A DNA stretch of 10,150 bases from a bacterium. GTDB lineage: Bacteria > Fidelibacterota > Marinisomatia > Marinisomatales > UBA1611. The position numbers and the translations under genes were made by a program. This document shows positions 7,802 through 10,150 of this stretch, one piece after another. The stretch spans positions 1 through 10,150 of the forward strand of contig JAYPIC010000062.1 of NCBI GenBank assembly GCA_038127595.1, read 5' to 3'. Below the pieces are notes generated by a model that ran no database searches, was not told the DNA's origin, and worked only from the letters and a program-made list of their open reading frames with translations. Numbering within the stretch: the first letter of the stretch is position 1; each line of letters opens with the position of its first letter.

Positions 7802-7941
7802 TAATATCCCTTTTGAAAATATTTTTAGTTATACATGTATAATTTTTCATTCAAAGGCTAACTTAAGGTTTTTTTGAACATCTATTATTTATTACCTTTG
7901 TCCTCTTAAATCATGGAACACACGTTACATTTGGGATATTA
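7802..7941. repeat. Perfect 9-bp inverted repeat at the two ends of the folD-susC intergenic region
   Basis: TAATATCCC at 7802-7810 and GGGATATTA at 7933-7941 are exact reverse complements. Function unknown. Confidence 0.5.
7813..7843 (+). promoter_or_regulatory. Candidate sigma70-type promoter overlapped by a 14-bp palindrome
   Basis: TTGAAA (7813-7818), 19-nt spacer, TATAAT (7838-7843); perfect palindrome TTATACATGTATAA at 7829-7842. The AT-rich background makes chance matches possible. Confidence 0.35.
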
Positions 7942-7942
7942 A

Positions 7943-10096
7943 ATGAAAAAATCTATTCTATTTATAATTGCTTTGGCAACATTTTTGAACGCTAGCGATG
8001 AAGGTTCGATCACGGGTAATGTTTACACATCTGATGGTGAGCCTCTATGGGGCGCAAATGTTTATTTGATGGGAACAATGCTTGGTGCATCAACTGACTC
8101 ATCAGGCGCTTTCTCAATCGAAGGTATTTCTGTAGGAAAATATTCTTTGGTCTGCGATTACATTGGTTATCGATCAGGGTTAAAAACGGTTTACATTTCA
8201 AGTTTTGATTCAGATGGTGATGAAGATGAAGAACAGTCATATTTGGACAAAGTAGGCATTGATGAGGACGAATCCGATGAGCAATCAAGCATCCTAAAAG
8301 GAAATTTCTTAGATGGAATTAATTTTACTTTAGAGGAAGATGTTTTCAATAGTGAAGAGGTTGTCGTTACTGGTGTATCTACAGAAAGATCAGTAGAGGT
8401 TTCAGAGGTTGCAGTTACTCGTCTAAAACCAAGAAAATTTAATCAATCTACCTCTTACACTGATTTTGGTTCATTGGCGATGGCTAAAGTAAGTGGACTC
8501 GATATTAGAAAATCATCTGGAACTGTTGGCGGTGGTTTTCGATTTGATATGAGAGCTGGTGGCGGTTTGAATGGTAACGAACAACCAGTTATCTATTTGG
8601 ATGGAATGAGAATTGCAAATGAAGAAATTGGTGGTACAGGATCAAATCAGTTAACTACAGGAGGTCAGGGCTTATCATCCATGCTTGACTTTAATCCAGA
8701 TGACATAGAGAATATAGAAATATTAAAAGGGCCAGCTGCTGCAACTAGTTATGGCACTAATGGTTCTAATGGTGTCGTCTTCATTAAGACTAGAAAAGGA
8801 AATGCAGGTGATGGTGGACCAGTTTTTAATTACAAGCAGACTAACGGTATCAATAGTCCTCAGTTTGAAGTAGATAAAGGCTTCCAAAACAGAGATTTAT
8901 TTCACAGTTTATTATCTAATGGTGCTGTAAACGATAAATATTTTAGTATGAGTGGTGGTGATTATAGATTTCGTCATTTTCTTTCTTTTTCAAGTAGGAA
9001 CGAGGAGGGAATGATCATTTGGAAAGATAAAAATTATTTTGATAGAAAAACTGTTCGTGCAAATTTTGATTTTTTGCCTTTAGATAATCTTTCATTGAGC
9101 CTAAATACCTCCTACAGCAGCATAGATGCTATAATGCCACCCAGCGATAATCACATATATGGTTTGATGTACAACACTCTAGTTGCATACAGCCCTTGGC
9201 AGGAATCTGATAGTACATCTTTGTCTCAATTAGGTATTAAGTTTGGTTCAAAGAGGCTTGTAGCATCAGCTAATGTCAAGTACTATCCGTTTAAAAATAA
9301 TTACAGATTTGGGTTAAATACTGTCCAATTAAATGCAAAATTTGGAATAGATGATGTTGAGCGTAAGAACAGTAATTTATTTCCATCTGGTTATAACTAT
9401 GCTCTTTTCAACGGTGGTTTTAAGGCCTTGGTAAACTCCAATGAAACAAATACTATTTTTGATTTTGGGGCGTCTCATAATTATAATTTTGGAGGCATAA
9501 ATACAACCACTAGTTTCTCAGCTCAATTTTATGATCATTTATGGGATGGTGTTGAGATTTCCAGAGACTCATTTGGTCAAAATGCAGTCACAGATATCGG
9601 ATCAGGCTCAAATATTACCGTTGCAGGTGAGTGGTCTGGGAATACACGTGATGCAGGTGCGATTATTGCCCAAGAGATGTCTTACATGGATCAATATTTT
9701 CTAACCATGAGCTACAGAAAAGACTACAGTTCGTCGCTAGGTTCAAGTTCTAAATCCATCGGCTACCCTGGCATAAGATTTTCAACTAGGCTAGATAGAT
9801 TTAGTTTTGTTCCAACTGATTTTGATATGCTAAAGTTTAGAATTGCGTACGGTGAGAGCGGCGTTCTTCCTGCGCATACGGATGGAGAAAGGCTTCTATG
9901 GTCTGGTAGTGTTGGGGGTAACGGATCTGGCGCTATGATATCATCTGTTGGTAATCCTGATATTGAACCAGAAAGAATCAAGGAACTAGAGTGGGGATTT
10001 GATTTAACATATCAAAATCTAATTTCACTTGAATTTAGCTCTTACACACAATCTGCTGAAAATTCTGTCATATACAGACCATTAGCTCCTTCATAG
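7943..10096 (+). CDS. SusC/RagA-family TonB-dependent outer membrane receptor, ending at an apparently premature in-frame TAG (possible pseudogene, sequence error or readthrough)
   Basis: Signal peptide MKKSILFIIALATFLNA; carboxypeptidase-regulatory-like N-domain (GSITGNV..GEPLWGANV..GASTDSSGAFSI..YIGY); TonB-box-like EEVVVTG; plug with PVIYLDG and SusC/RagA signature FNPDDIENIEILKGPAAATSYGTNGSNGVVFIKTRKG; barrel motifs LKFRIAYGESG and GNPDIEPE. It ends mid-barrel at PLAPS with no C-terminal aromatic residue. Confidence 0.9.
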   Translation: MKKSILFIIALATFLNASDEGSITGNVYTSDGEPLWGANVYLMGTMLGASTDSSGAFSIEGISVGKYSLVCDYIGYRSGLKTVYISSFDSDGDEDEEQSYLDKVGIDEDESDEQSSILKGNFLDGINFTLEEDVFNSEEVVVTGVSTERSVEVSEVAVTRLKPRKFNQSTSYTDFGSLAMAKVSGLDIRKSSGTVGGGFRFDMRAGGGLNGNEQPVIYLDGMRIANEEIGGTGSNQLTTGGQGLSSMLDFNPDDIENIEILKGPAAATSYGTNGSNGVVFIKTRKGNAGDGGPVFNYKQTNGINSPQFEVDKGFQNRDLFHSLLSNGAVNDKYFSMSGGDYRFRHFLSFSSRNEEGMIIWKDKNYFDRKTVRANFDFLPLDNLSLSLNTSYSSIDAIMPPSDNHIYGLMYNTLVAYSPWQESDSTSLSQLGIKFGSKRLVASANVKYYPFKNNYRFGLNTVQLNAKFGIDDVERKNSNLFPSGYNYALFNGGFKALVNSNETNTIFDFGASHNYNFGGINTTTSFSAQFYDHLWDGVEISRDSFGQNAVTDIGSGSNITVAGEWSGNTRDAGAIIAQEMSYMDQYFLTMSYRKDYSSSLGSSSKSIGYPGIRFSTRLDRFSFVPTDFDMLKFRIAYGESGVLPAHTDGERLLWSGSVGGNGSGAMISSVGNPDIEPERIKELEWGFDLTYQNLISLEFSSYTQSAENSVIYRPLAPS

Positions 10097-10150
10097 GGTT
10101 ATGGTAGTTTATCTAAACCCGATAACATTGGTAGTATGGAAATGCAGGGT
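10097..10150 (+). other. In-frame continuation of the SusC-like gene past the TAG; runs off the window
   Basis: 18 open codons GYGSLSKPDNIGSMEMQG, completing the PSxG(F/Y)...N(I/V)G.(M/I).N.G pattern recalled from SusC-family barrels. Confidence 0.8.

Noticed and set aside
7858..7876. Canonical intrinsic terminator after folD
   Set aside because: A T7 tract is present, but the adjacent stem (AAC/GTT) is too weak to call.
7801..7942. 6S RNA or a known riboswitch (cobalamin, TPP) ahead of the receptor
   Set aside because: The region is short and very AT-rich, and I see no riboswitch consensus or long 6S-like rod. An Rfam cmscan would be decisive.
8010..8288. His-rich minus-strand ORF (LHLHHHL)
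   Set aside because: The His/Leu run is the reverse complement of the GAT/GAA acidic codons in the receptor insertion.
9763..9981. Minus-strand 72-aa ORF
   Set aside because: Antisense shadow of the receptor barrel region.
1..10150. CRISPR array, IS element, or prophage/island integrated at the tRNA
   Set aside because: No spaced repeats, transposase or integrase seen, no duplicated tRNA 3' end noticed, and the tRNA is followed directly by core genes.

Overview
AT-rich bacterial chromosomal window, all genes on the + strand. It opens with the 3' part of tRNA-Val(GAC), followed by a very compact housekeeping cluster: thrS-infC-rpmI-rplT-pheS-pheT-(zapB-like)-zapA-folD. A 142-bp intergenic region then precedes a SusC/RagA-type TonB-dependent receptor. 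The gene order and SusC-like protein suggest an FCB-group organism, possibly Marinimicrobia-like (inference only). Points of note: (1) the SusC-like gene has an in-frame TAG at 10094-10096, after which the same frame continues with SusC-like sequence to the window edge; (2) infC appears to start at a non-canonical ATA overlapping the end of thrS, which the ORF track misses; (3) thrS starts only 9 nt after a tRNA gene lacking an encoded CCA; (4) the folD-susC spacer is bracketed by a perfect 9-bp inverted repeat and holds a 14-bp palindrome and two TAnnTTTG motifs; (5) the receptor's N-terminal domain has an acidic insertion. I found no CRISPR, transposase or phage genes, and no convincing new multi-gene system.
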